Of a stretch of DNA of 64,000 nucleotides, positions 44,934-54,054 are shown piece by piece; the stretch's first letter is position 1; each line of letters begins with the position of its first letter. The stretch covers positions 975,845 through 1,039,844 of the forward strand of contig OY970362.1 in assembly GCA_963718625.1 (NCBI GenBank), given 5' to 3'. The DNA is from an uncultured Solirubrobacterales bacterium. GTDB lineage: Bacteria; Actinomycetota; Thermoleophilia; Solirubrobacterales; Solirubrobacteraceae. The notes beneath the pieces are model-generated. The model searched no databases, was not told where the DNA came from, and saw nothing but the letters and a program-made list of their open reading frames with translations. Position numbers and translations under genes: made by a program.

Positions 44934-46619
44934 CTAGCTGGGCGCCGTCTCGCGCTCCAGTTCCCAGCCGCCGCTGGAGTTGGGCGAGAGGAAGTTCGGC
45001 GGCTGCTTGGTCACGAGCCGTTCGTCGTAGTTGTAGTTCTTTTCGGGGTAGCCGGCCTTGCCTTCGCCTTGGGTGACGCGGCCGCGCCAAAACTGCGCGA
45101 TCGCCCCCCAGACAGTCAATTTGTGCAAGTCCGCGCCACAAAAGAAGTTATCGACGATGAACGAATTCTTGGTGCTCAAGATCGCCGCGTCGATGATCAG
45201 GTTTTCATTCGCGCCTCCCAATTCTTTCGGGATGCCTTCTTCGCTTGATACCTGGTTAGTCCCGTTACATTCGCCTTCGATTCCTTTGGTTCGTTCGTTC
45301 TTTGGATTGAAGGCCGCAGGCTTGACAGGGTGATAAACGCGCACGAAGTCCTGCGCGACGAGTCCAAGCGTGGCTGAACCGGTCGGTTCTCCTCCCGCTG
45401 CCCCACCGGTGGTGTAGGTGTTGCCGTTAACGATCACATCTTGCTGGGAAGCAATCGTCAGCGATTCCGTGTACGATCCCTTGACGTAGACGTCGCCGCA
45501 GTTGGTGTCTTTTTCGTAGTCTTCGTCGTAGCTGAACGGAGAGTAGGTCACGCCGCAAGCGGGCGAGGATTTGTTCGAGACGTAGACCACGCCGTTGCTC
45601 GGAAACGGGATCGTCTCTTTGCCACCAGCCACTTCGGCATTCCACACCGTCATTTCGTTGCCTTTGAGTTCGATGCGGGTGCGCCCGATGAACTTGTCTT
45701 GCGCCGTTTCGAGAAGTTCTGTGTCAGTCGGCGGTGGGCTGAGGGTCGGCCCGCCTTCCTTTTTTTTGCCATAGAATTTAGCGGAGCCGCCACAACCGAA
45801 TATTTCACCGTCCGCGGCTGCTCCTTCGTTCATTTCGAGGACGTCTTCCGGAGAATGGCCTTTGCGTCCGAATGCGGATTCGCTGCCGAAGACCGAGCAG
45901 AGCGAGACCCTGTCGTTGCTGTGAAATGGCCCGTTCAGTTCGTCCCCTCCGATGAACGGAATCGGCGGGCATTCACCGAGGTAGCCTTTTTCGTTGCGCG
46001 CTTTATAATAGTGTTCACAGTGTTCAGTGAGTTCAGCCGTCGGTTTCGCGGCTGTCTGCGGATCTTCCACTTCGTAATCGCTGAGGAACACGTAGTTGAG
46101 GAAGCCAGGGTGTTTGAACGTCGCGATGATGGACTTTTGGACGCCGTTCGCGTAGCCGGTGGCCTTGATGCGAAATGTGTCGTTTGCCGACCCGGTGGTC
46201 TCGACGATCGAGGCCTGCTTGTTTTCTTCGCATGTGGCGTGACCCGTCGTCGGAAGCGTTTCGAATTTGTAGGACTCGCCGTTGTAGGTCTGCGATGATT
46301 CTTCGAGCAGCTTGACCGGGGTAGATGGGCTTTTTTCTTTTTTTTCGTTTTCGCCTTCGGAGTGCGGGCACGTTTTCCAGTATTCGAGTGAGGAGTTGAG
46401 GTTGTACTCGTACACCTGAAGGCCGGCCTGCGCCGCGTAGTAGGCATCGTCCGCGCCGGTGTTCGATCTCGTGAGGTGGACATCGCCGCTCGCGTTGGCG
46501 AGGGCGCCAGCGACCAGCAGCGAGCTGACGAACAGGATGGCGAGCGTCATCAGGAGCGTGAAGCCGCCCTCGTCGCGGACCGTCGAACTGAAGTGATGGG
46601 TGGGCGTTTTTATGTGCAT
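44934..46619 (-). CDS. large PilX/GspK-like pseudopilin (561 aa), no Glu5; Cys-rich, Lys-rich, beta-rich body
   Basis: N-terminus ...RDEGGFTLLMTLAILFVSSLLVAGALA. 10 Cys. The start overlaps the stop of the upstream prepilin gene by 10 nt. Low GC. Confidence 0.75.
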   Translation of the reverse strand: MHIKTPTHHFSSTVRDEGGFTLLMTLAILFVSSLLVAGALANASGDVHLTRSNTGADDAYYAAQAGLQVYEYNLNSSLEYWKTCPHSEGENEKKEKSPSTPVKLLEESSQTYNGESYKFETLPTTGHATCEENKQASIVETTGSANDTFRIKATGYANGVQKSIIATFKHPGFLNYVFLSDYEVEDPQTAAKPTAELTEHCEHYYKARNEKGYLGECPPIPFIGGDELNGPFHSNDRVSLCSVFGSESAFGRKGHSPEDVLEMNEGAAADGEIFGCGGSAKFYGKKKEGGPTLSPPPTDTELLETAQDKFIGRTRIELKGNEMTVWNAEVAGGKETIPFPSNGVVYVSNKSSPACGVTYSPFSYDEDYEKDTNCGDVYVKGSYTESLTIASQQDVIVNGNTYTTGGAAGGEPTGSATLGLVAQDFVRVYHPVKPAAFNPKNERTKGIEGECNGTNQVSSEEGIPKELGGANENLIIDAAILSTKNSFIVDNFFCGADLHKLTVWGAIAQFWRGRVTQGEGKAGYPEKNYNYDERLVTKQPPNFLSPNSSGGWELERETAPS

Positions 46620-47449
46620 GGCTCGTTGATGTCTTCCGATCCGGATTCGGTGGCGTTGAAGCGCAAGACGACGTCGGCCTGGAGCGGAACGGTGTGGCCC
46701 TTGGAGACGACGGCCGTCGGGCGGCCATTGTTGGCATCCGTTGGCGGCGCCTGAGTGAACTGGATCGCGACCTTGGCGATACCGTTGTCCTTTTCGCCGG
46801 CGGCGGTCTGGATTTCAGATTCGCTTGACAGGGGTGTGAATTTCTTGCTGCCTTCGCTGGCGAGCCGGGAGTAGGTGAAGAGCGCGCCGGTTTCCGGATA
46901 CAAGACGTTTTCGGCAAGCAGCGTCTTGGTCGCGTTTTTGGTTTCAAGTGCGGGGAACGGCCAGACACCCTGGAGGGGTTCGCCCGTGCTGGTGAAGCGG
47001 TAGTCGACGAGCGTGCCGAGTTTCTGCCCGGATACTTCGCTGGTTTTTTCCCAGGTGATGTCGTGCTCGTACAGTTTTTTGTAGAACGCCCCTTCGGCGC
47101 CGGTTCCGTTGCCATACGCGCTCAGGAACCAAAGGTTGGTGGCGTTCAGTTTCGACAGGGGAGAGGAGACGGTCCCGGAGGGAACCTGGATCGCGGTTGC
47201 TTCGAAGCCGGTGCAGCTGGAATGCAGCTCTTCGACGATCTGGTTCATGGCAGTTCGGCCGATCTGATCCGCAGTTGTGACGTCGCTGAGCCGCGTCGAC
47301 TGGTCGAGTGCCACCTGCATGATCGTCGCCAGGGCTGCGACGACGATCGCGGCGCACGCCATACCGATCAGGAGTTCGATCATCGTGAAGCCGTGCTCGC
47401 CGAGGCGCAGCCGGCTCGCTGATCCGTGCGCGAGCATCAGCAGCGTCAC
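46610..47449 (-). CDS. prepilin-type N-terminal cleavage/methylation domain protein (PilW-like minor pilin)
   Basis: ...LGEHG/FTMIELLIGMACAAIVVAALATI (G/F-x-x-I-E signature). GTG at 47449, or ATG at 47437. Confidence 0.8.
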   Translation of the reverse strand: MTLLMLAHGSASRLRLGEHGFTMIELLIGMACAAIVVAALATIMQVALDQSTRLSDVTTADQIGRTAMNQIVEELHSSCTGFEATAIQVPSGTVSSPLSKLNATNLWFLSAYGNGTGAEGAFYKKLYEHDITWEKTSEVSGQKLGTLVDYRFTSTGEPLQGVWPFPALETKNATKTLLAENVLYPETGALFTYSRLASEGSKKFTPLSSESEIQTAAGEKDNGIAKVAIQFTQAPPTDANNGRPTAVVSKGHTVPLQADVVLRFNATESGSEDINEPCT

Positions 47450-48926
47450 CAGCGCTTCGGTTTTTGTTCTGTTCTTCCATATAGATCTTCGTGACGGCGG
47501 ACCCGGCGCTGGACGTGTTCGGGATCACGATCGGTTTGGTGGTTTTCCAGAATTTTTTGGCGCCGACTTTGACCGCCACGCAGAGTTCGAGTTCTTTCGC
47601 GTATGGCTGACCCTTGTGGAGCAGTTCGCCTTTAGCGTTCAGCCCCCCGGGCGTCGTGAGCGAGTGTTCGTATTTGACGCCGCTCGTGTAGTTCTGGGCG
47701 GCGACCCCTTTGCATTCTTTGTTGATGAACTTGAGCGATTCGGCGGTAGTCATGACCGGAGGGACTTTTTTGGCGAGTTCTTCTTCTCCGACCTTTTTTT
47801 TCGTCTGCTGATAGACGATGATGTTTACCGCCGGCAGTTCGACGGTCGCTTCAGTCGTTTTTTCCGGCAGGACAGCCGCTTCGGCGGGTTTGACTTTGGC
47901 GACCGTTTCGGGGCTGTTGGCAGGACAGTCCCCCGCGTACACGGTGTACTTTTCCGGTTCCCAGACTTTTTCTTTCTGTGTAGTAAAGGGATAGAGTTTT
48001 TCGGTAAGTGAAACTGTAGTGAATAGCGGTGGTCCCGGGGTACCGCCGACGTAGAAAGGATCCGGTTTGATCTTGGACTGGTAGGCGACGAACGTATCGC
48101 CTTCGGTGACTTCGGCGCCCGTTTTGAATTTGACTTCGAGCGCTTTCCCGCTGGGCGCGATCACGAATTCGGCCAGCGCGACGGTCCCCGACGTCACGGA
48201 GATTTCTTTGGACGGCGTTGTTTCGCCGGCTTCGTTGATCCAGCCGGTCTTTTTGACCAGGACGGTGTATTTCTTCCCGGCGGTGAGCGCGGCGAACACG
48301 GCGCAGCCGCTCGCGGGCGTGAGCTGCGTGGTGCCGGGGCCTTTGCCTTCTTCTTGCACTTCGGCGGTCGCGCCTTCGACGGGGTTGTTGTCCTCGTCTT
48401 TGATCTTGACCTCGATCGATGCCGTCGGCGGGACCGTGACGATGCTCGTTTGACGGACCGGGTGGTTGTCGTGCGTTTTCTCGCCGGTCCAGGTGGCTTC
48501 GCTCGTGGTCTGGATGTAGTTCGCGCCGGCGCCCGACGTTTCGCACGTGAACTGTTTGCTGGCGGCCGAGACGTACGTGGCGGTGTTCTTGACCGTGATT
48601 TCGATGCAGTTTTTGCTGGTGCCCGCGGCGCAAACTTTCTTGGTGGGTTCGGTTTTTGTCCCGTACTGCTCGAGTTCGGTCGTCGGCAGGGCGCGCAGCT
48701 TTTCCTGTTCTTCACCGACCAGCTGGGTGGCCAGCGCGCGCGTGCGGTCGGTGGCCGTGGATTTCGTCGCGGCCTGAAAGCCGGTGAACGTCCCGATGGC
48801 GATCAGCGCGACGAGCACCGCGCTGATCAAGACTTCGATCAGCAGGAAGCCGGCCTGCGAGGTGTGCGGCGACGACGGCGCTGGGCCGCGATAGGAGGGT
48901 CTGCCATAGAAAGTGTGCATCGTCAC
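47446..48926 (-). CDS. large prepilin-type protein (PilV-like N-terminus, about 490 aa). In the sequence as given the stop is missing at the A5 tract, so the ORF runs on to 46944
   Basis: ...HTSQAG/FLLIEVLISAVLVALIAIG. Body includes a CarboxypepD_reg-like segment (IEVKIKDEDNNPVEGATAEV...YTVLVKKTGW). The coherent protein ends ...TKIYMEEQNK. A TGA at 47446-47448 is reachable only by a 1-nt frame change. Confidence 0.7.
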
Positions 48927-49067
48927 AAGCGGCTCCGGAGCTACTGGTGTAATCGGCAGTTCGGACCCTGCGCTTTAGCGCGTGGGGTCGGCGAACTTGG
49001 CTTGCCGGGCGGGCCGTGGCGGCGAGCTGTGACGCGGCCATCCAGCGCCTAGAATCCCGGGCTGCTC

Positions 49068-49138
49068 GGGGGACTGGTGTATCGGTAACACGGCGGTCTC
49101 CAAAACCGCAACGCCAGGTTCGATTCCTGGGTCCCCCG
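49068..49138 (+). tRNA. tRNA-Trp (anticodon CCA)
   Basis: GGGGGAC/GTCCCCC acceptor. Anticodon stem GCGGT/ACCGC with loop CTCCAAA. T-arm CCAGG-TTCGATT-CCTGG. A TAGAAT -10-like box sits 13 nt upstream. Confidence 0.9.
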
Positions 49139-49256
49139 TTTGGCTCTACAAAGCCAAATCCCAGTCCCAGTGCGCGATTACAGCATCATCAGCCCCACGC
49201 TCTCATCCGCTCAAGACCGCTCAAAACCGCCCGAGAAGTCGAGAACGCTTCAGCGC

Positions 49257-49853
49257 TCAGCTCCCCTTGGGGCCGCCGCAGGCCTGCGCGGCGGTCTGGA
49301 AGGCGGGTGACTGCGTGTTGACGCCGGCCATATAAGCCTGTTGCCCGCCGCCGGGGCCGGCGATGACCTTGGGTTCGGGAAAGTTCGGCATGCCGTGGCT
49401 GCGCATGCACTTGACAAACTTCCGCTCGGTTTCTTCCTGTTCGACCTTCTGTTGCGGGGAGACGTTCACCCTCTGCGGGGGAGGCCGGTAGCGGGCGCAG
49501 GCCCTCTGTGCCGTTTCCGCAGCCGCAAAGCCCCCCTTGCCGGGCCTCATCTCGATGCCTTGGCCCCCGCCGGGGTGGCTCACAGCTTCGGCGTTGACGC
49601 CGTGTTCGCGCAGGCACCGCGCGAAGTCCGCGAACCTGGTTTCGGCCTTCTGTTCCCGGGCTTGTTCTTTCGCGGCGGCGTTCGCGTTCGACTCCGAGCC
49701 GGAGTCGCCGCAGGCCGCGAGCAGCGCGACCGTCGCGACGACGACGGGCACCGCCAACGGGCGCGGCAGACGCACTCTCGTCGACGCGGGGATCGGACGG
49801 AGCTGGGAAATGGGGCTCCCTTCGCGGGCTTGCGAGTGATGGGGGAGGCTCAA
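49257..49853 (-). CDS. hypothetical lipoprotein with two F-x-x-C-x-R-x-HG repeats
   Basis: Lipobox ...VALLAAC/GDSG. FARCLREHGVNA and FVKCMRSHGMPNFPEP repeats. The start codon is uncertain. Confidence 0.65.
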   Translation of the reverse strand: MSLPHHSQAREGSPISQLRPIPASTRVRLPRPLAVPVVVATVALLAACGDSGSESNANAAAKEQAREQKAETRFADFARCLREHGVNAEAVSHPGGGQGIEMRPGKGGFAAAETAQRACARYRPPPQRVNVSPQQKVEQEETERKFVKCMRSHGMPNFPEPKVIAGPGGGQQAYMAGVNTQSPAFQTAAQACGGPKGS

Positions 49854-49937
49854 TTCTGAGGCCGCCGGCTGAGAATCACCTGAACGGGCATAGCCGTCGA
49901 GCAGACCCGCCGCTGGGCCGCCCCCGGCTCGTCGGCC

Positions 49938-50642
49938 TTAGGCCTTGGCGCCGGCCCGCTGTTCCACGCCGCGCTCGGAGGCGATCAGGATCGTGCTCAC
50001 GATCTCCGGCGCAAACAGCCCGTGCTCGATCACCCCGGGGGTCGCGCTCAGCCTCGCACACAGCTCGCGGGGGACGTCGATCTCGTCGAGGTAGTCGGCG
50101 ATCAGGCCGCCGTCCGGGCTGGGCTCGACGTTGCGCAGGCGCGCGTTGCCGAGCGCCGCGAGCGTCTCGCGGACGCCGAAGGCGACCAGCTCCAGCGGCA
50201 CCGGCGGGGTCAGCCGCGCCACCGCCTTGTCGGCCGAGGCGATCACAACGAAGCGCCTCGCGGCCCAGGCGACGATCTTCTCTCGCGTGTGGGCGCCGCC
50301 GCCGCCCTTGATCAGCCATCCGTCGGGGTCGATCTGATCGGCGCCGTCGATCGCGAGATCGAGCTCGCCGACCTCGTCGGGATCATCCACCCGCAGACCG
50401 AGCGCCCGCGCGGCCTGGGCCGTGACGGGCGACGTCGCGACGCAGCGGAGGTCGCTCAGCCCGCGTTCGGCCAGCGCCGGCAGCAGCTCGGCCACGGTCG
50501 TGCCCGTGCCCAGCCCCAGACGCATCCCGTCCTGCACCATCTCGGCAGCTACCGTGGCGGCTGCCTGCTTTTGACGCCTGGCGACCGCGGGGTCGCTCAA
50601 TGGCGGGAGCCGTTGCCCACCAGCCGCACGACCGGACGCCAT
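49938..50642 (-). CDS. rpiA: ribose-5-phosphate isomerase A
   Basis: GLGTGTTV and IDGADQIDPDGWLIKGGGGAHTREK motifs. An alternative TTG start at 50600 overlaps the upstream stop (TTGA). Confidence 0.9.
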   Translation of the reverse strand: MASGRAAGGQRLPPLSDPAVARRQKQAAATVAAEMVQDGMRLGLGTGTTVAELLPALAERGLSDLRCVATSPVTAQAARALGLRVDDPDEVGELDLAIDGADQIDPDGWLIKGGGGAHTREKIVAWAARRFVVIASADKAVARLTPPVPLELVAFGVRETLAALGNARLRNVEPSPDGGLIADYLDEIDVPRELCARLSATPGVIEHGLFAPEIVSTILIASERGVEQRAGAKA

Positions 50643-52486
50643 GGCGCGGACGTTACCGCCACGGGCGCCTCGTTGAGCTGAAGGCGCTCGGGCGCCTCTG
50701 GCTTTTGCAGCAGAAAGCCCTGCCCCACCGAGCAGTCGAGCTCCAGCGCGAGCGCCAGCTGCTGGCGGTTTTCGATCCCGACGGCAACGGCCGTCAGGCC
50801 CGCCTCGTGGGCCAGCGCGATCATCCCCGCGACCATCGCCCGCCTGTCGCGGTCGCTCTCAAAGCCCTGAATCAGCGTGCGATCGAGCTTGAGCACGTCC
50901 AGCGGCAGGTTCTTGGGCAGGTTGAAGGGGGAGCGGCCGGCGCCGAAGTTGTCAAGCGCGATCACCACATCGAGGCGCTTGAGTTCCTTCAGCGCGACCT
51001 CGATGCGCTCAGGGTCGCGCAGGACCGACTGCTCGCTCACCTCAAGGCAGAGCGCGCGGCCCGGCAGCCGGAAGGCTGTGAGCTGCTCGCGCAGGCGGTC
51101 GGCGAAGCCGAGCTCTGTCAGCTCGCGCGAGGACACGTTGATCGAGATCGGGATCGCGATGCCCTGGCGCTGCCACTCGGCCGCCTGTTCGCAGACGGCG
51201 CGCAGCACCCAGTCGCCGATCTCCACGATCAGCTCGCTCTCCTCGGCGCGCGGGAGGAACACCGACGGCAGCAGCCGGCTGAGCTTCGCGCGGTCGGTGC
51301 CGTCGGGCTCCCAGCGCACGAGCGCCTCGCAGCCCACGGGGCGACCGCCCGCGAGCGGCAGGATCGGCTGGTAGGCGAGTCGCAGCTCATCCTGGGGCAG
51401 CGCGTCGCGCAGTCGGTTCTCGATCGCCGCGTGCGCCTTGAGCTCGCGGCGCAGGCCGTCGTCGAACAGCTCCTTGCGCCGCCCCCCGGCGGCCTTGGCC
51501 TGGTACATCGCGGTGTCCGCCTCGCGCAGCATGTTCTCGGGGTCGGCCTGCGGATCGTGCGAGACCGACACGCCGACGCTCGCGACGACCGTGACCTCGG
51601 TCTTGGCGACCGGGAAAGGCTGCTCGAGCGCAGCGATCACGCGCTCTGCCAGGGCGAGCGCTTCGGCCTCGTCCTCGACGTCCTCCGCCAGGATCACGAA
51701 CTCGTCGCCGCCCAGGCGCGCGACCGTGTCGCTGTCGCGCATCATCTCGTCCAGCCGCTCGGACACTCCGATCAGCAGGCAGTCGCCGACCTCGTGGCCG
51801 AGGTTGTCGTTGATCGCCTTGAAGCGGTCGAGATCGATGAACAGCAGCGCGACCACGCCCTGGCTGCGATGCATGCGCGCGAGCGCCTGGCGGGTGCGAT
51901 CCATCAGCAGCAGCCGGTTGGGCAGGCGCGTCAGCGGGTCGTGCAGCGCCTGGCGCTCCAGCCACATCCGGTCGGTGACGTCCTTGGCAGACGCGTACCA
52001 CAGCTCGCCGTCACAGCGCGCGCTCCACAGCAGCCAGCGCCAGGACCCGTCGCGGTGGCGGAAGCGGTTGGTGAAGCTCTCGAGCTGAGTCGGGTCGTCG
52101 TTGCCGGCGAGCATCGGCGCGAGCGTCCGCGACACGTCGTTGGGATGCATCAGCTCGGCAATCGGCTGTGAGAGCAGCTCCTCGTGCGTCCAGCCGAGCA
52201 CCTGCTCCCAGGCCGGGTTGAGCAGCGTGAAATGGCCGTCGGCAGAGATCGTCGCGAGCAGGTCGCTCGTCATCTCGAACAGCCGCGCGATCTGCGCGGC
52301 GCCGGCGGCGCTCGAGCCGGCGTCGGGCGTCGGGCGCTCGGCCGTCGCGAGACCCGTGTCGCTGGCGGAGTCGCCGGCCGCGCGCGTCGCGCTCGCGTCG
52401 GGTTGCATGCTTGTCGTATGGGAGGGCATCTGCCTGCCAACCACGTCGGCTGAACCCGTGCGCCGCTCGGGCGCCCGCGCTGCCAA
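50597..52486 (-). CDS. PAS-GGDEF-EAL signalling protein (diguanylate cyclase/phosphodiesterase)
   Basis: A PAS-like segment, RLGGDEFVIL (GGDEF) and CEALVRWEP (EAL). 629 aa. Confidence 0.9.
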   Translation of the reverse strand: MAARAPERRTGSADVVGRQMPSHTTSMQPDASATRAAGDSASDTGLATAERPTPDAGSSAAGAAQIARLFEMTSDLLATISADGHFTLLNPAWEQVLGWTHEELLSQPIAELMHPNDVSRTLAPMLAGNDDPTQLESFTNRFRHRDGSWRWLLWSARCDGELWYASAKDVTDRMWLERQALHDPLTRLPNRLLLMDRTRQALARMHRSQGVVALLFIDLDRFKAINDNLGHEVGDCLLIGVSERLDEMMRDSDTVARLGGDEFVILAEDVEDEAEALALAERVIAALEQPFPVAKTEVTVVASVGVSVSHDPQADPENMLREADTAMYQAKAAGGRRKELFDDGLRRELKAHAAIENRLRDALPQDELRLAYQPILPLAGGRPVGCEALVRWEPDGTDRAKLSRLLPSVFLPRAEESELIVEIGDWVLRAVCEQAAEWQRQGIAIPISINVSSRELTELGFADRLREQLTAFRLPGRALCLEVSEQSVLRDPERIEVALKELKRLDVVIALDNFGAGRSPFNLPKNLPLDVLKLDRTLIQGFESDRDRRAMVAGMIALAHEAGLTAVAVGIENRQQLALALELDCSVGQGFLLQKPEAPERLQLNEAPVAVTSAPWRPVVRLVGNGSRH

Positions 52487-52513
52487 TGGACGTATTGGCT
52501 AGGCCGCTCGGGG

Positions 52514-52999
52514 CTAGGGAGCCGGGCTCAACGAGGCCGTCTGCTCGGAGACGCCGGCCGGCGTGGCGGTCGCGGGCGCAGCGGAGGCCGCGTCCCCGCG
52601 CAGGAAACGCCAGATCGCCAGGCACATCAGGATGGTCATGATGATCGCGCTCGACACGCACCACTCACAGATCGCGTGGATCGAGAACAGCTCGCGGTAG
52701 GTCAGGTACGCGCTGAAGCCGAAGCCGCCGAGCGTGATCACGACGGTCGCGAAGCGCATCGTCTCGCCCTGCGGCAGGAGAAGCGTCGCGAGGATCAGGA
52801 CGTATCCGATCAGGCCCATCAGCGCGACCGGGATCCCGACAAGCTCGGAGTAGCTGGAGGTTTGCACCTTCGTGCAGCTTTCCCCAGCCGTGCAGGCGGG
52901 CTTGATGCCCGCGTAGTGGACGTAGGTCAGATAGGTGGCGACGCCAAGTCCGATCAGCGTCAGCACGAGCATGATGGTCCTCAGGACGCGACTGGACAT
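52514..52999 (-). CDS. vitamin K epoxide reductase (VKOR) family protein
   Basis: Four TM segments, a loop Cys pair (CTAGESC) and a CEWC redox motif. Confidence 0.85.
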   Translation of the reverse strand: MSSRVLRTIMLVLTLIGLGVATYLTYVHYAGIKPACTAGESCTKVQTSSYSELVGIPVALMGLIGYVLILATLLLPQGETMRFATVVITLGGFGFSAYLTYRELFSIHAICEWCVSSAIIMTILMCLAIWRFLRGDAASAAPATATPAGVSEQTASLSPAP

Positions 53000-53006
53000 T
53001 TGCCGC

Positions 53007-53837
53007 CTAGCTTTTCAGGGCTTTTTCGATCGCGGCGTCGAAGCCGGACGGGTCGGTCAGCGAGGAGTATTCGAGCTTTTCGGACGCGTGTCCGGATTTG
53101 CCGATCAAAAACGAGGGCGTGCCCGTGAAGCCCTCGTTGGTCGCCGTCTGTCCGTCGGTCGCGACCTGTTCGGCCAGCGCCGGTTCGTTGCGTTCGCTCG
53201 TCCACTGCGAGAGCTTCAGGCCCTGGATCTGTTCGGCCAGTCCCTGGAGGAATTTTTCGGTGACGTAGCCGCTGTTCTCTTCTCCCTGGTCGTGGTAGAA
53301 GAGCTCGATGTAGTTCCACATCTTGGCCTGCTTGCCCGCGGCCAGGGCTGCCACCTGCTGAGTCTTGAACAGTTCCGGTTCGTGCGTCGCGGTCTCCATC
53401 GAGTTGTATTCGATCTTCAGCTTGCCCTGACGCACGTAGCTTCCGATCAGCGATGGCAGCGCCCCGAGTGTGAACTCCCTGCAGATCGGGCACTCGAGGT
53501 CGCCGAAGTAGCGCAGTGTGACCGGCGCGTTCGGGTTGCCGAGCACGTTGCCCTGCTGCGGGATCCCGGCGAGCAGCGTGTTGACTTGGGTGACGGACGT
53601 GTTGGCTTGGGGGGTTCCGGCTTTGACCGCCGTTTTGGAGCTCGACCCGGTGGCGATCAGGATCACGACGATCGCCGCGATCACCCCAGCGACAACGATG
53701 CCGATCAGCGACAGGCGTTTGCGCCGCGCATCGCGCGCCGCCTCGGCCTGCTCCAGCTCCTTGCGTTCGGCGCGCGCCTGCTCGCGGCGCTGCTTGCGCG
53801 TGAGGTCCTGACCGCCGCCCTCGATCGAAGCATCCAT
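53007..53837 (-). CDS. membrane-anchored DsbA-like thioredoxin-fold oxidoreductase
   Basis: GDLECPICREFT (CPxC). One TM (LIGIVVAGVIAAIVVILIA). The ORF extends to 53933; the ATG at 53837 was chosen. Confidence 0.8.
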   Translation of the reverse strand: MDASIEGGGQDLTRKQRREQARAERKELEQAEAARDARRKRLSLIGIVVAGVIAAIVVILIATGSSSKTAVKAGTPQANTSVTQVNTLLAGIPQQGNVLGNPNAPVTLRYFGDLECPICREFTLGALPSLIGSYVRQGKLKIEYNSMETATHEPELFKTQQVAALAAGKQAKMWNYIELFYHDQGEENSGYVTEKFLQGLAEQIQGLKLSQWTSERNEPALAEQVATDGQTATNEGFTGTPSFLIGKSGHASEKLEYSSLTDPSGFDAAIEKALKS

Positions 53838-54054
53838 GCCAAGAACTTTTACAGGTTTCTGCTCAACGATGCCTAAGTTCGTCCGACGGCGCCCACAAGG
53901 GCCGACCCTTCGGCGCTGGTGGGCGATACGCACGACGCAAGCCGTTTCCAGCCGCTGTCTGGCGCTCGCGCCCGTGGCGCGCGTCGATCCCCGCCACGTG
54001 CCACGATGGGACCCAGGTCGAGGCGGGGCCGCCGAGGCCCCCGACCGCGGTCTT

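Noticed and set aside
46944-47445. The C-terminal 167 codons of ORF 46944-48926 considered as genuine coding sequence.
   Set aside because: The tail is Arg/Asp/Pro-rich and low-complexity, and it lies entirely inside a coherent prepilin gene in another frame. A frame error or slip at the A5 tract explains it better.
49139-49160. Hairpin TTTGGCT-CTACA-AGCCAAA after tRNA-Trp as an intrinsic terminator.
   Set aside because: The stem is AT-rich and short with no following U-run. It is plausible, but too weak to list as a feature.
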